Of a stretch of 64,000 bases of DNA, positions 41,728 through 52,968 are shown piece by piece. The stretch's first letter is position 1, and each line of letters begins with the position of its first letter. The translations under genes were made by a program, and so were the position numbers. The DNA is from Andalucia godoyi And28 (lineage: Eukaryota > Protista > Jakobida): positions 1 to 64,000 of the forward strand of contig VRVR01000009.1 of NCBI GenBank assembly GCA_009859145.1, read 5' to 3'. The notes under the pieces are model-generated. The model searched no databases and was not told the DNA's origin. It saw only the letters and a program-made list of their open reading frames with translations.

Positions 41728-44277
41728 TCACGCTCTTCCGCGACCACGACCTCGTCCACGGCCCCTTCCGCTTCCTCTTCCCCGGCGTCCTCCGCGGACA
41801 AACATTTTGTGGCGGTTCCGACCATGACTCTCTTCAATAAACGACGAGAGCAGAGGATCGCACAAGAGACATCCGCGATACGAAAGGTCGGCATTCGGCA
41901 GCGGAGACTTGTCCTTGTGAAAAACAATATCGAGCAACTTGGATCCACATTCGCTGCACAAATCATCTTCTCCTGCCGGGCTCATCCTGAATACCTTTTC
42001 TGGGATTCGCAGAATGAAGTTGCATCGATTACACCGAAGCCTCCAGACAGGCGCAGAGAACGGATCGAGAGTCAGCGTTCCTTCCTCACACTCGAGACAA
42101 TCGCAAATGCCGTTCGTCATCACGGAAAACTTGCAGGTTGGGTGCAGGCACCTGTTGCACGACATTTCACCGTGCGCAAAACCATCGAACGGAGGGTTGT
42201 TGTAGCAGAACGGACACAGAGGATACGAAACTGCATTGGATCCGCCAGTCGTGTAGAGGACAAGTTCAAAGTCGTCGAGTGGACATCGCAGCTCTTGGTA
42301 ATTTTTGATGTTTCCGTTCTGCGGGAGCGCATACGTCTCATCGCAGGTGGGGCAGTACAGACGAACCGGTTTGCTCAAGACAACCTTCATGAACCGCCGG
42401 CACTTTCCGCAACGAGAAAGCGGCTTGCCGGAGTCCTTGAGCAGTGTAAATGTTGTTTCAAAGAGCACATCCATTCGCGCAATTGCAGAAATAAAGTACT
42501 TGAACTTTGCTTGGAAATTCCTCAATGCGTGTTCGAGCACTTCGTCAAAGCCAGCCTCGCCTCGCGCAATTAAATCGATTTCACGCTCAATGTGCGCTCG
42601 AACCTTTGGAAGTACAAGCTCTGGATCGATCTTCAAGTAACCGTGAACCAGTACAATGCCCAACTTCGTCGGGACCAAGAAACGTTTGTTCCCTTTTTGG
42701 ACCAGCTGAACATAGTTTCGCTGCACAACGTTTTGAATGTGCGTCGGAATCGAGGCGTCCGTCCCGATCCCGTGCTTTTCCATGAGACCGATCAGATCAG
42801 ACTCGGTCAGATAGTCGGGAACAGACGTCTGCCCGATCACACATCGAATGTCTTTCAGCACGTACCTTTCTCCGTTGGAAAAAGGAGGCAATGACTCGTC
42901 TTCGGTGGACATCGATGAATACACCCTCAAGAATCCAGGATCGATGACCTTCTTGCCAGACAGCGAGAAGAGCTCGCCATCGCCCGTTTCAAACTGCACA
43001 ACCGTCTTCTCGAGGATGCAATCCGGTGAGACCGACGCAAGAAAATTCTGCACAACAAATTCATAGAGCCTCCAAGAATCATAGTCCATATCTGTCTCAT
43101 ACGCAAGCTGCATGGGGGTAATGGGAGGATGGTCACCAACATCTGTGCCGCCGCGAGGAGGGACAACACCCCGCCGAAAGTCAAACCCCGAGCCAAGACC
43201 GCAACCTCTGAACAGCGCCGCAGTACCGACCAGATCAAAGTGTTCGGGATATGCAGTGGACTCCGTTCTCGGATAGCTCAAAAAACCGCTTGTGTAGAGC
43301 CTCTCTGCAAGCTGCATCGCGTGCTGTGGCCCAATCCCGAGCTGCGACGACGCTGCCTTGAGCATTTCCACCGTGTTCAGTCCCGCAGGGCGCTGGCGCC
43401 TCTCCTCTCGTGTTACAACCTTTGAAACGGCCACAACCTTTGAATCTGCGAGCACCTGAGCAAATGTATTGGCGACTTCAAAATTGAACATTCGGCCACG
43501 CTCATACTGCAGTTGGACACTTCTTGCATTCTTCTCAACAGCCGCAGTCACGGTCCAAAAGTTTTCTGGCACGAACGACTGGATCACATCGTGACGCTCG
43601 ACGCAGAATCCAAGCGTGGGGGTCTGGCATGGTCCGTACGAAAGAAGCGCAGCGTCCAAATCGCCGTATCGTCCGAGAAAATATCTCGACTGGAAACGAG
43701 TGAATGCAACGCCAACCTTTAAATCAATCTCCTGTCGTGCATCGACGGACCTCGCCTCATTTTCATTAGGAAGTCCCAGATTGGCCATGGCCCGCTGCAC
43801 GTCCGGGCCCGAAAGCGCCGAGAACCGCGCGCGATAAACACAGTGTCGTGGAATTGCGCAGTTTTCCATCACTTCAAAACAGATGTTCTCTCCTTCACGA
43901 TCGCAATCCAACCAGAGCAACAGATAATCACAGCCCTTCGACTCGACTTGCAAATGCCGCGGGATGCACGCCTTTGGATTCGACTCTGTTTTCCGAGTGG
44001 TGGCAGCAAACAGCGCTTCGGGATCCGTCGTATCCCAGTTCTGAAACTTGCTGTCAAAATCAAGCGAGTAGCAATGCCCAATGACCGAGGTGCATCTGTA
44101 GAAGGCCTTTGCAGAATGCACGTTCCGAGGAGCAGGGAGTGAAAACGGTGCTTCAAACTCAAAGACTGGCGCCGCAGACGACGGGCCGTGTCGTCGTTCG
44201 TACGAACCCTTCGAAAGAATCTTGGACAGCGACTCGGCAATCGAGGGCTTTTCAGCGACCATTAGAATCCGTGTCAT
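41728..44277 (-). CDS. TOP3B: DNA topoisomerase III beta
   Basis: MVAEKPS, WLDCDREGENI, SYGPCQTPTL, SYPRTES (catalytic Tyr), GIGTDAS, multiple CxxC clusters and an RGG tail. First ATG at 44277. Confidence 0.94.
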   Translation of the reverse strand: MTRILMVAEKPSIAESLSKILSKGSYERRHGPSSAAPVFEFEAPFSLPAPRNVHSAKAFYRCTSVIGHCYSLDFDSKFQNWDTTDPEALFAATTRKTESNPKACIPRHLQVESKGCDYLLLWLDCDREGENICFEVMENCAIPRHCVYRARFSALSGPDVQRAMANLGLPNENEARSVDARQEIDLKVGVAFTRFQSRYFLGRYGDLDAALLSYGPCQTPTLGFCVERHDVIQSFVPENFWTVTAAVEKNARSVQLQYERGRMFNFEVANTFAQVLADSKVVAVSKVVTREERRQRPAGLNTVEMLKAASSQLGIGPQHAMQLAERLYTSGFLSYPRTESTAYPEHFDLVGTAALFRGCGLGSGFDFRRGVVPPRGGTDVGDHPPITPMQLAYETDMDYDSWRLYEFVVQNFLASVSPDCILEKTVVQFETGDGELFSLSGKKVIDPGFLRVYSSMSTEDESLPPFSNGERYVLKDIRCVIGQTSVPDYLTESDLIGLMEKHGIGTDASIPTHIQNVVQRNYVQLVQKGNKRFLVPTKLGIVLVHGYLKIDPELVLPKVRAHIEREIDLIARGEAGFDEVLEHALRNFQAKFKYFISAIARMDVLFETTFTLLKDSGKPLSRCGKCRRFMKVVLSKPVRLYCPTCDETYALPQNGNIKNYQELRCPLDDFELVLYTTGGSNAVSYPLCPFCYNNPPFDGFAHGEMSCNRCLHPTCKFSVMTNGICDCLECEEGTLTLDPFSAPVWRLRCNRCNFILRIPEKVFRMSPAGEDDLCSECGSKLLDIVFHKDKSPLPNADLSYRGCLLCDPLLSSFIEESHGRNRHKMFVRGGRRGRGSGRGRGRGRGRGRA

Positions 44278-44609
44278 TTTCCGATGCCCACTGCATGTCA
44301 CTGCTCGTCCTTCTCAGTTCTCGCTTCCCACTTTCTTATGCACTGACCCCGCTGACTCGTAGTATCCTCACAAGTGTGTCCAATCTCCATCATCAATGAT
44401 CCTGCAAATAGTCCATTTGCGTGAAAAAAATCCGGCAAACCAAAAAAGGGACGTCGACGCTTTTCAACCATTCCATTTCTCATGGTCCGCAGATAAAATC
44501 CGATTTTTTTAAATTTATTTATTGTTAAATTATCTCCCTTGCCTTGCGAGCTTTTTTCCTGTAAGATCCATCAGCCAGAAGTTGCGGGAGGAAAAAGAAA
44601 GAAAGAAGA

Positions 44610-44837
44610 ATGGTGTTTCAATTTTTTGGCTCTGTGGTGGTCCGTGCTGCATCGGAACTTCTGAACAAGACGTTGACTCGAAAGCTTGTTGAGTCGCCGA
44701 CGTTTCAAGCTGCGGCGCGCGGTGAGCTGAATGACAGAGCAGTTGGATTCGGAAGGGCCCTCAGCCAAGAAATCAAAGCCGAGCTCATCCGGTTTAAAAT
44801 CCTCCAAGAAGTGAAACCCGCATCGAAAAAACCATAG
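44610..44837 (+). CDS. Small protein, possibly NCBP2-AS2-like
   Basis: 75-aa ATG ORF divergent from TOP3B. LTRKLVESPTFQAAAR and FGRALSQEIK resemble that family from memory; not verified. Confidence 0.5.
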   Translation: MVFQFFGSVVVRAASELLNKTLTRKLVESPTFQAAARGELNDRAVGFGRALSQEIKAELIRFKILQEVKPASKKP

Positions 44838-45204
44838 GGTGAGCTGAGCTGCTGTACACGAGGGCAAACAGGCCTTCCTCCCACAGCTTTGATGCTACCC
44901 GGTATTTTAGCTGTTTTGATGCTAGAAAGGCGTAGACGTTGTTAATGAGCGCCGCCTTTTCATTTTGACAAACGGACCCAAAAAGCCCAATTCTGATAAC
45001 CAAATGCTGAAATGAGCCATTTTCCTTCGTTTAGTTTTCCTTTTACATATATATACATATATATATATCCATTTAAATTGTGCTGTACATTTTTTTGAAT
45101 GGAGTGTCAGTTGTTTAGTATTTATTTATTTACCGCGAATATACATAGGCATTTTTAATTTTGTAGGAAAAGTGGATTTCATTTAAAGAAACCGACGGTA
45201 GAGA

Positions 45205-48200
45205 ATGGAGAGACCTTCGTCTGCGGTGGTGTCGCGACCTGGTTCTTCGTCGCATGGAGGCCAAGAACTTCCTCCTGTGATCCGTCCACAGTCTGCAAGT
45301 GCATATGGAGGTATCCGATCGTCAGCGGCTGGTCCTGGGGGAGCGTCATTTTCTGAAGAAGATGCAGAGCGGATCCGAGCAGAAGAGCTCATTCAACAAT
45401 TGGAGCGGGATTTGCTGGAGGAATATGCAGCAACAGCAGGCGCAAGAGGAGGAGGGGGAAGAGAAGGGTCGGATGTGCATCCGTCGAATCACAAAAGTTC
45501 GGCAGCACTCGACGGAGCTGCCGAGGATGGAAACGTCGTGACTGCCTATAAGAGGAAATCCGAACGCGATCTGATCATTCGTGCGCGATCTCTGAAGCAG
45601 CTGCAGGACCAAATTGCATATCAGCTCAAGTATGCAAAAGAACAGGTTTCGAGCGCGCAAAGCCGAGGAGATCGTGCGCTGGTGATTGAAGCCGAGCGTA
45701 ATGCAATGCTTCTTGAACGAGATCTCACGAGAGTGGATCGAGAATTCATGGAAGTGCAAGATGCATTGGCGGCCGTGGAAGACGCAAATGCTCGTATTGC
45801 AGAAGCACGGAGACATCGAGAGCGCCAGATTGCACTTGCTGCGAAATCCCGAAGGATGGGGCATGAAGCAAGCCTTGAAGAGTGGCACAAGACGGAAAAG
45901 GAATCAGAATTGAAAATTATCAAAGATGCAATGACGGGCCTTCGAGAGGCGAAGAAGAGAGTGCTGGAAAGACAGGCGTTTGTAGCAAAACAGGCAGAAA
46001 GGATTGGTGCCGAATTACAGGACGATCGGAATCGAAAGGTTGCGTCGATTCTGGGATTGCGCAAGAACACAGAAGTCATTCGAGATAAGCTTCGCGAAAG
46101 ATCAGAGATCGAAGAGAAGAGAAAGGCATCTGAGCAAGGAAATGTGGACCAGGAAATCCAAAGCATTCTTGCCGCTGGTGGAAATCCATATGAAGTTTTT
46201 CGCGCCAGGGAGGAGCGAGCAAAGCTTGATGCGTTCTTGAAGAAGAAGGCCGTTGCGCAAAGAAAACGAGAACAAAACATCGTCAGCAAGATTGCGCTGG
46301 AGCGTGATCGTGAGCTCGCTCGCTTGGCGGAAGACGCAAAGGAGCGTCACCTTGCCAAGCAGTTTGTGCTTGAAAAGCATCCTGATCGAATTGCTGAAAA
46401 GATCTCTGCCTTTGTCGCCAGCAAAACCATGGATGGCCGCGATATTGTGGACCCAACAGGACGGGCGACGCGTATCGATGCGTCCAAAGTCATGACCGTG
46501 AAGAACTGGAAGTTTGGCGCAACGACAAAGGTTGCAAGAGAGGATATCCTTAAACTGATGCAGGACAAGTTCCCGGATGCCACTCCGGATCCGAGACATG
46601 CGTATGTTGCGGGATCGTCGGACATGTCCGCGACTTACCAGAAGAACTGTGCCGAGAACAAGTCTTCCGTGGATCTTGAGGACGACATCGCCAAGTTGGC
46701 GACACAGAAAATGGCGGTTCGAGAATTCGGAGCCTCGTGGGTGGATCCCGCGTTGCTGATGAAGGGGACAGGCCATGGAGACGAGGACATCGATGACGAT
46801 GAAGAGCGGGAAGGAGAAGGAGAAGGAGAAGGAGACGACGGAGCCGCATCGGGAGAGAACGCAGGCGGCGCTAAGCCAAAGAGGCAAATGTCGAAACTCG
46901 AGAAACAGTACATGGCAGAAGCTCGACATCGGCACAAGAACAATCTGACGACGAAGCAAGTTGTTTGGGGCAAGGAGTTTGTGGGTCAGGCATTCTTGCC
47001 GTCGCCATCGGAAGTGCATTTCCGGGACTTTGATGTTGGTAAGGAGTATTCCACGCAAGTAGTCCTGACCAACGTGTCGTACACATTCAACACTTTCAAG
47101 CTGTTGCCACTCGACGATGCCATCTGCGACTACTTTGATGTCCAATTTGCTCTGCCTGGTGCCATGTCGGCGGGAACTGCTTGTACATTGTCCATCACGT
47201 TTCGACCAAAGGTCAACAAGGACATCGATACAGTGATTCCTTTCCTGGCGCAAACGGGAGCCTTTGAAGTTCCGCTGCATTGTTCCACCAAGAAATGCGT
47301 GCTTTCTTCGAGTCCTCCTTCTGGAAGCCATATCGAGTTCGGTGATGTTGTGCTTGCGGAGACAGAGACGCGAGAGATCGTTATCCGCAATGACGGAGCT
47401 TTGGACTCCGAGTTTTCCCTGCGTTTTGTTGCCGATACAAATGCATTCACACTTGTGCCGAATGACGGTGGTTTCGCAGATCCCTTTTCTTCGTGCAGAA
47501 TCAAAATTTCATACTTGCCGATGGTGTTGGGTCCCTGCAGAGCCACGTTGCATGTGGATTTCAAGCGGCCCGGAACGGGGAGCTTCGTATACGACATCAC
47601 GGGAGTCGGTGCGGATGTTCCGATCTACGTCGACCGGCCATTGGTGGACCTTCGGTGCTGCCGATCGGGCGTGCTCTACCGAGACAAGATCAGAATTTTC
47701 AACAGAAGTACGGTCGCCATGAAGGTCTCCCTGAGAAGAAAGAAGTCGTCCAGAGCGGCACATGATCCGTGCGATATCGTGTTTGTTCCTTCACTGGCAT
47801 TTGTGCAAGCTGGAGAGGACCAGTCTTTGGAAGTGCAGATCAAGTTCACCGGATCCCACCCGTTCTGCTTGCCTCCTGATCCGAGTCTGCCGCCCGAGCT
47901 GCAGTCGCGTCCCTCGGATGATATTGAAATCGACGAAGAAATCGAGTTGGACATTCCAGAGCAGTCGATGCCGGTATCCTTCCGTATCAAGAGTTTGCTG
48001 ACGCCCTCCGTGTTGAATTTGAGTACGAGTGTCCTTGATTTCGGCACGCTCTCCACACAGATGAGTGTGTCCAGGGGTTTCACTGTGCGAAACATCAGTT
48101 CTCTTCCCAGGACGGTGTATTTTTCTTCGAAACTTCCACAGGACGTTCTCACCTTTTTGCCTTCGGGGGGTGCGGCGGTGGTTCTCCCGTTGGAGAGTCG

Positions 48201-49851
48201 CGACTTCACGGCAATTTGGACCCCGAAGTATGCAGGAACATATGACAATGCTGAGACGACGAATCTGAACTTCTCGGTTTGTGTCGAAGACGGAATTTCC
48301 GAATCGTACAGGGTGGCTTGTTTGGGGCGCTCTGTGGAACCGATGATCGTAGCGGACAAGCTCTTTGTCCGCATGAAGGCGTGTGCTCGAGGAGACCAGG
48401 TTTCGGAAACCATTGTGCTGAAGAATGCGACCAAGTCGTCCATTGTGGGCTGCGATTTTGCGTCTCCAGTGGCCACGCTTACCGTTTCACCTCGCGTGTT
48501 TGACCTCAGTCCCGGCGAGTCAAAGTCGATCGTCCTCACGTTCAGTCCGCCGTTTTCTTCCTCTTCGAATACAGTGGAAGAGATTCCCATTGTCTGCAAT
48601 GTTCTGAATCGGGCTCGCGAGGACCAGCGTGCAAGCGATGTGAATCTCCCCACAATCGTCCGCATTGCGACGGCGGTCGTCGAACCACAACTGGTCCTGT
48701 CTCCTTCCAGTGACGTTAACTTTGACTCGACATCCGTGCTGTCGTGCGTCAGCAGAACTGTGTATCTGGAAAATACGTCCACGGAGGAGTCGGACTTTCC
48801 TGTCGAATGCGAAGTCATGGATCCGCATGGATGCTTCTCTCTTGTTTCTGCGCTTCCAACGTCACTCAAATCAGGTACGAGATATCCCATCACGTTCCAA
48901 TTTTCTCCGATTCTCGAGGCGCGATACCGTCTGAAAGTTCGATTGCGTCACAAGTCATTCAACTCGATCGAGGTGTCGCTCTCTGGACGTGGTGTTGTCC
49001 CCGTTCTTGACCTCAATCCTTTCCCGCTTGTGTGTGTCGGTGATTTGGTGATATCTCCTGCTGTGTTGCTGGCGACCAACATGGATGCGGCTCCTCCGCC
49101 TCCTGCAAAGGGCGGGAAGGAAGCCAAGGAAGCACCTTCTGTGCTGGAGAAGGATGTTTCGGTCACGCTGTCTACCTCCTCACCGTTTGTCATTCCAGTG
49201 TCGCTGCGTGTCGAGTCACTGACAGGCGAGCCACATGCGATTCGTGTGATTCCCGAGCAGTTCGATTTGGCGGCAGCTGGAAAGAAGGACGTCCGAATTC
49301 GGTTTGCACCTGCTGCCCTAGCCAGGAAGAAGTACATGCGATATGGGCTCTATGCAGCACGTGTCTTCGTCTCCTTTGGCGGACAAAAGCAGCCAAAGAT
49401 CTTTCATATTTACGGATTCGTCTATCCTGATGTACACAGCGTCGTGCACTCGGTGCCATCCGTGACATCCCTCGAATTGCAAATGTCGAGTCGCTCGGCA
49501 GACAAGCTCTCGTTTGACGCTAAAACGGTTTCCACCGAAACTGCGGTGCTGACTGTGGAGTTCGCTCCCGGGGAAAGCGAAAGAAGGATTCGAGTCTATG
49601 GCAACTCCGAGGCGACTGTTGAGAGTACACATAAGGCGTTCAAGGTGGACAATCCGAAGCTGGCATTTGCGGCTGCTGGAGAGAGCAAGGAAGTTTCCAT
49701 TACGTTTTCACCTTCCAAGGACGAGGAGGTTGTTGGATTGCCCTCGGCTCCCAGTCAAAAGCTGCGGCTGACTGTCGAGGGCGCGCTGAAGATTTCTTAC
49801 AAGAGCGGCAAGGTGTTGCATGTCGCTGTCACCGGTGAGTTGTCATTGTAG
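45205..49851 (+). CDS. CFAP74: Cilia- and flagella-associated protein 74
   Basis: 1548 aa. N-terminal coiled coil, GGNPYEVFR, PSEVHFRDFDVGKEY..VVLTNVSYTFNTFKL, then tandem Ig-like ASH-type domains. Confidence 0.82.
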   Translation: MERPSSAVVSRPGSSSHGGQELPPVIRPQSASAYGGIRSSAAGPGGASFSEEDAERIRAEELIQQLERDLLEEYAATAGARGGGGREGSDVHPSNHKSSAALDGAAEDGNVVTAYKRKSERDLIIRARSLKQLQDQIAYQLKYAKEQVSSAQSRGDRALVIEAERNAMLLERDLTRVDREFMEVQDALAAVEDANARIAEARRHRERQIALAAKSRRMGHEASLEEWHKTEKESELKIIKDAMTGLREAKKRVLERQAFVAKQAERIGAELQDDRNRKVASILGLRKNTEVIRDKLRERSEIEEKRKASEQGNVDQEIQSILAAGGNPYEVFRAREERAKLDAFLKKKAVAQRKREQNIVSKIALERDRELARLAEDAKERHLAKQFVLEKHPDRIAEKISAFVASKTMDGRDIVDPTGRATRIDASKVMTVKNWKFGATTKVAREDILKLMQDKFPDATPDPRHAYVAGSSDMSATYQKNCAENKSSVDLEDDIAKLATQKMAVREFGASWVDPALLMKGTGHGDEDIDDDEEREGEGEGEGDDGAASGENAGGAKPKRQMSKLEKQYMAEARHRHKNNLTTKQVVWGKEFVGQAFLPSPSEVHFRDFDVGKEYSTQVVLTNVSYTFNTFKLLPLDDAICDYFDVQFALPGAMSAGTACTLSITFRPKVNKDIDTVIPFLAQTGAFEVPLHCSTKKCVLSSSPPSGSHIEFGDVVLAETETREIVIRNDGALDSEFSLRFVADTNAFTLVPNDGGFADPFSSCRIKISYLPMVLGPCRATLHVDFKRPGTGSFVYDITGVGADVPIYVDRPLVDLRCCRSGVLYRDKIRIFNRSTVAMKVSLRRKKSSRAAHDPCDIVFVPSLAFVQAGEDQSLEVQIKFTGSHPFCLPPDPSLPPELQSRPSDDIEIDEEIELDIPEQSMPVSFRIKSLLTPSVLNLSTSVLDFGTLSTQMSVSRGFTVRNISSLPRTVYFSSKLPQDVLTFLPSGGAAVVLPLESRDFTAIWTPKYAGTYDNAETTNLNFSVCVEDGISESYRVACLGRSVEPMIVADKLFVRMKACARGDQVSETIVLKNATKSSIVGCDFASPVATLTVSPRVFDLSPGESKSIVLTFSPPFSSSSNTVEEIPIVCNVLNRAREDQRASDVNLPTIVRIATAVVEPQLVLSPSSDVNFDSTSVLSCVSRTVYLENTSTEESDFPVECEVMDPHGCFSLVSALPTSLKSGTRYPITFQFSPILEARYRLKVRLRHKSFNSIEVSLSGRGVVPVLDLNPFPLVCVGDLVISPAVLLATNMDAAPPPPAKGGKEAKEAPSVLEKDVSVTLSTSSPFVIPVSLRVESLTGEPHAIRVIPEQFDLAAAGKKDVRIRFAPAALARKKYMRYGLYAARVFVSFGGQKQPKIFHIYGFVYPDVHSVVHSVPSVTSLELQMSSRSADKLSFDAKTVSTETAVLTVEFAPGESERRIRVYGNSEATVESTHKAFKVDNPKLAFAAAGESKEVSITFSPSKDEEVVGLPSAPSQKLRLTVEGALKISYKSGKVLHVAVTGELSL

Positions 49852-49983
49852 AGTAGAAGTGATTTGTCGAGTAATGCAAAATCTGTCTTTTTCCTTATCA
49901 TAAATGATACACTGAAAATCAAGTGTGGTTTATAAAATTAAAGACGCGGGAGAAAGGGGGAAGTGAAAACGGACGAGACAGTG

Positions 49984-50940
49984 TTATCTCCAATGGAGCT
50001 CGCCAAGCATGCATCGCACACCACCACCACCAACGCGTTCAATCGTGGGCACTGCAGCATGAACGATAGGTCCCATTTGCTTCTTCTGTTCATCGGTGAA
50101 TGCATGGAAAGCACAGGTGCTCATGACCCACATGTGCTTACCCTCGTTGCTCGACACCTGCAAGACATTTCCGCAGAACGAACGAACCTGAGAAAGCGTA
50201 ATTTCGATGAGCTCCTTTCCAGAGTTGCGAACGCTTGAGAGAAACTTCTGCTTGTCCATCTCGGTTGGGATGCACTCCACACACGCAACCACATGACACA
50301 CTCCCACCGCCATGATGACATTGGTGTGATACATTGCATTTCCGCTTTCATCAACAGCATCAAACACGCACGTACCCCAGCCGCCCAGCTCCTTCGCAAC
50401 AACACCGACAATCTCTTCATGAGTGCGCTCCGACCTGCATGCATAGATGATCTTCGCCGCGTGATCCAGAATCATCGAGCCCGTGCCCTCGAGATACACA
50501 CCTTCCTTTTCCCAGTGTGTAAGATCCAGAACGCGCGTAGCACGTGCTTTCAGCTCCGCCAGCAGCTCTCCGTCCCGCTCATTCCTGCGCGACGGCCACT
50601 TCATTGGGTACAAAACAAGCAGCCGTTCGGGAAGCCTGTTCTCCTCCATCGAGTTGTCCGGATGATGCAAAATATGTGTTGAAAACCAATTGTTTGGAAA
50701 CACCGCGTCTGGACAGACACGCTGCGCGGGAGAAGGAAACATCTGCACATTCACCCCAGCCTGTCCAAGTGCGCGACACAACGCCAGCGACTCGGCCACC
50801 GCAACTTTGCAAACTGGAACTTCCTCCGTAGCCACACCGATATTCGACAAATTCGTTGACATGAACTGGTTGTCGATTGCAGACTCTGCATTCGACGCAA
50901 AGTCTGTCGGAAGGACCATCGCAACACTATTTGCTGGCAT
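49984..50940 (-). CDS. Amidinotransferase / arginine-deiminase-related (CtlX-like) hydrolase
   Basis: PDAVFPNNWFSTH, LYPM..RRNER, LEGTGSMILD, YHTNVIM and GGGGVRCM (catalytic Cys). First ATG at 50940. Confidence 0.88.
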   Translation of the reverse strand: MPANSVAMVLPTDFASNAESAIDNQFMSTNLSNIGVATEEVPVCKVAVAESLALCRALGQAGVNVQMFPSPAQRVCPDAVFPNNWFSTHILHHPDNSMEENRLPERLLVLYPMKWPSRRNERDGELLAELKARATRVLDLTHWEKEGVYLEGTGSMILDHAAKIIYACRSERTHEEIVGVVAKELGGWGTCVFDAVDESGNAMYHTNVIMAVGVCHVVACVECIPTEMDKQKFLSSVRNSGKELIEITLSQVRSFCGNVLQVSSNEGKHMWVMSTCAFHAFTDEQKKQMGPIVHAAVPTIERVGGGGVRCMLGELHWR

Positions 50941-51519
50941 TACTCGTTTCGTCGTCAATCGAATGTAGGTATGTCTGTATATCTCCTCCAGCCACAAACA
51001 AATACAAATTCACAAATTAAATCTACAAATTAAATATTTAAATAAAACGTGCTCCAGAAAACACTGAAGGAAGAAACACAAACGAATATACCAACGGAAA
51101 AGTAGTCAAAAGAAAAAGAATTCCCGACATCGGGATTTATTTTATTTATTTGGGGGGGGACCCGCTCGAAATTGCCGAAAATTTCATCAGTCACTGGATG
51201 AGCTCATCAAAAAAAAAAATTGAAATTTTAATTTAAAAAAAAATGCTATACCCCAGATCGGGCAGTTTATTACAGAAAAAAAAAGGTCCCCACCATTTTC
51301 GGAGAAAATACCCGACTATCGACTGTAAAAAACAAAAAAGGCAAAAGACACGTTCCCAACGCTTTTTCTATACGCACATTAGCGTCTGGAAATGTGCTCG
51401 TTTTGCGCTCGTTTTGTAGTTTTTCTTTTCTTTTCTTTTTCTTTTCTTTTTCTTTTTCTTTTTTTTTGTGCAGAGTGCGTTTTGACAGAAAAAGAAGAAA
51501 AGGTATCGGCGGGAGAAGG

Positions 51520-52809
51520 ATGGTGTTGAATCCAGTAGTACTTCCTCCAATTGGAGCGACAATGACTGGGAATTCGTCAAATGGAATTGACTTGAGAAAA
51601 CTCGAGATTTGCACGAAACCGCTTCATTCAGGCTTTGTGCAAGTCTATGCGGACATATTTCGAATTGCGTTTCGTCCTCCGATACTGATTGATGAGCTTT
51701 CGGAGACGTACTTTCAGATTTCCCATGCTCAGCTTGCGTTTGTGTGTGAATCATTGATGGATGCAGAAGAGTTTCGACGGCAATCGGACGCGCGGACTGC
51801 GTATGAACGGATAGTGTCAGTTGCCGAGCTGTTTGCTTCCAATAAGGATATCAGCACGTCGCTCTTGTTTTACGAACGTGGACTGCAGCTTGCAAAGGCT
51901 TCGGCGGATCCGGCGTTGGAAGGCGTGGCGCTGCAGCATTTGGGAGATGCATACGAGACAGTCGGCAACTTGGCGGCTGCAGTTCCGCTGCACGAGGCTC
52001 ATTTTCAGCTTGTGCAGGATGCTGGACTCTCCGAAGATCATGTACTGTCTGCTCGGATTGCGCTCGTGGAGGCATACGTACGCTTGTCCGCAGTGTTTTT
52101 GGTGGATGCAGACCGGCTGCTCGGCAACCCAAAGGACGAATTGGTGATGCGGGAAATTCTCATCAAGGCACAGCGCATTCTGGAAAAGGGATTGGATGTT
52201 GCTCGGATTGGAGGAGATGAGATGCAGCAGCGGGATCTGGAACATCGGCTCGCGCAGGTGCATGTGAAGCTTGGAGATGTTGCTTCGGCGGTCGCGCTGG
52301 AGCAGTCTGCACTGCAAGGTGCACTCAATCAGAACGACCCCACCGCCCGCGCAAAGGCGCTGTTTGCGCTGGCAGACTTGGACACGTCGACTGCTCGCTG
52401 GGGCGAGTATCTAAAGGTTGCGGAAGATTTGGGGGATATTGAAGGACAATGTGAAGCCCATGAAAAGCTTGCTCGGCTGTTCAGAGAAGAAAAGAACCTC
52501 AAAAGCTGTGTCGTTCATCTCGAATTGAACTTTGCAACCGCTCAAAAAACTGGAGATCTGAAACGCGTGGATCGTGCCCGCATGCTGCTGGGAATGGCTC
52601 GGGCTGAGTGTGGCTTGCCGAAGTACATGCATCTCGTCAATCATGATTTTCCTGCTCTCCTGCGATGGAAAAGTGGGCAGCGCGATGTGCTTCAAGATGA
52701 TATTGAGGACAAGGGGAGCACAAAACTCGGTACCTCGGCAGGGACGGATCTGAATGCCAATGGCGATTTACATTCTGCACAGCACCACCAAACTGTGTCC
52801 TTTGCATAG
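51520..52809 (+). CDS. TTC29: TPR protein TTC29-like (axonemal)
   Basis: TPR-like helices and C-terminal RARMLLGMARA...LLRWK. First ATG at 51520. Confidence 0.65.
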   Translation: MVLNPVVLPPIGATMTGNSSNGIDLRKLEICTKPLHSGFVQVYADIFRIAFRPPILIDELSETYFQISHAQLAFVCESLMDAEEFRRQSDARTAYERIVSVAELFASNKDISTSLLFYERGLQLAKASADPALEGVALQHLGDAYETVGNLAAAVPLHEAHFQLVQDAGLSEDHVLSARIALVEAYVRLSAVFLVDADRLLGNPKDELVMREILIKAQRILEKGLDVARIGGDEMQQRDLEHRLAQVHVKLGDVASAVALEQSALQGALNQNDPTARAKALFALADLDTSTARWGEYLKVAEDLGDIEGQCEAHEKLARLFREEKNLKSCVVHLELNFATAQKTGDLKRVDRARMLLGMARAECGLPKYMHLVNHDFPALLRWKSGQRDVLQDDIEDKGSTKLGTSAGTDLNANGDLHSAQHHQTVSFA

Positions 52810-52968
52810 CATTCATATTTCATATAGTAGTACATTCAAATAAAACACCAGCGGAGAAATTATAAACAAACGATACCCGTTGGAGGAAGAAGAAGAAGAC
52901 AGGGAGAAAAATACGAGTGGATGTGGAAATCAGCGGGTATTGCGGGTAAGAACCAAACGTTTCTCGGC

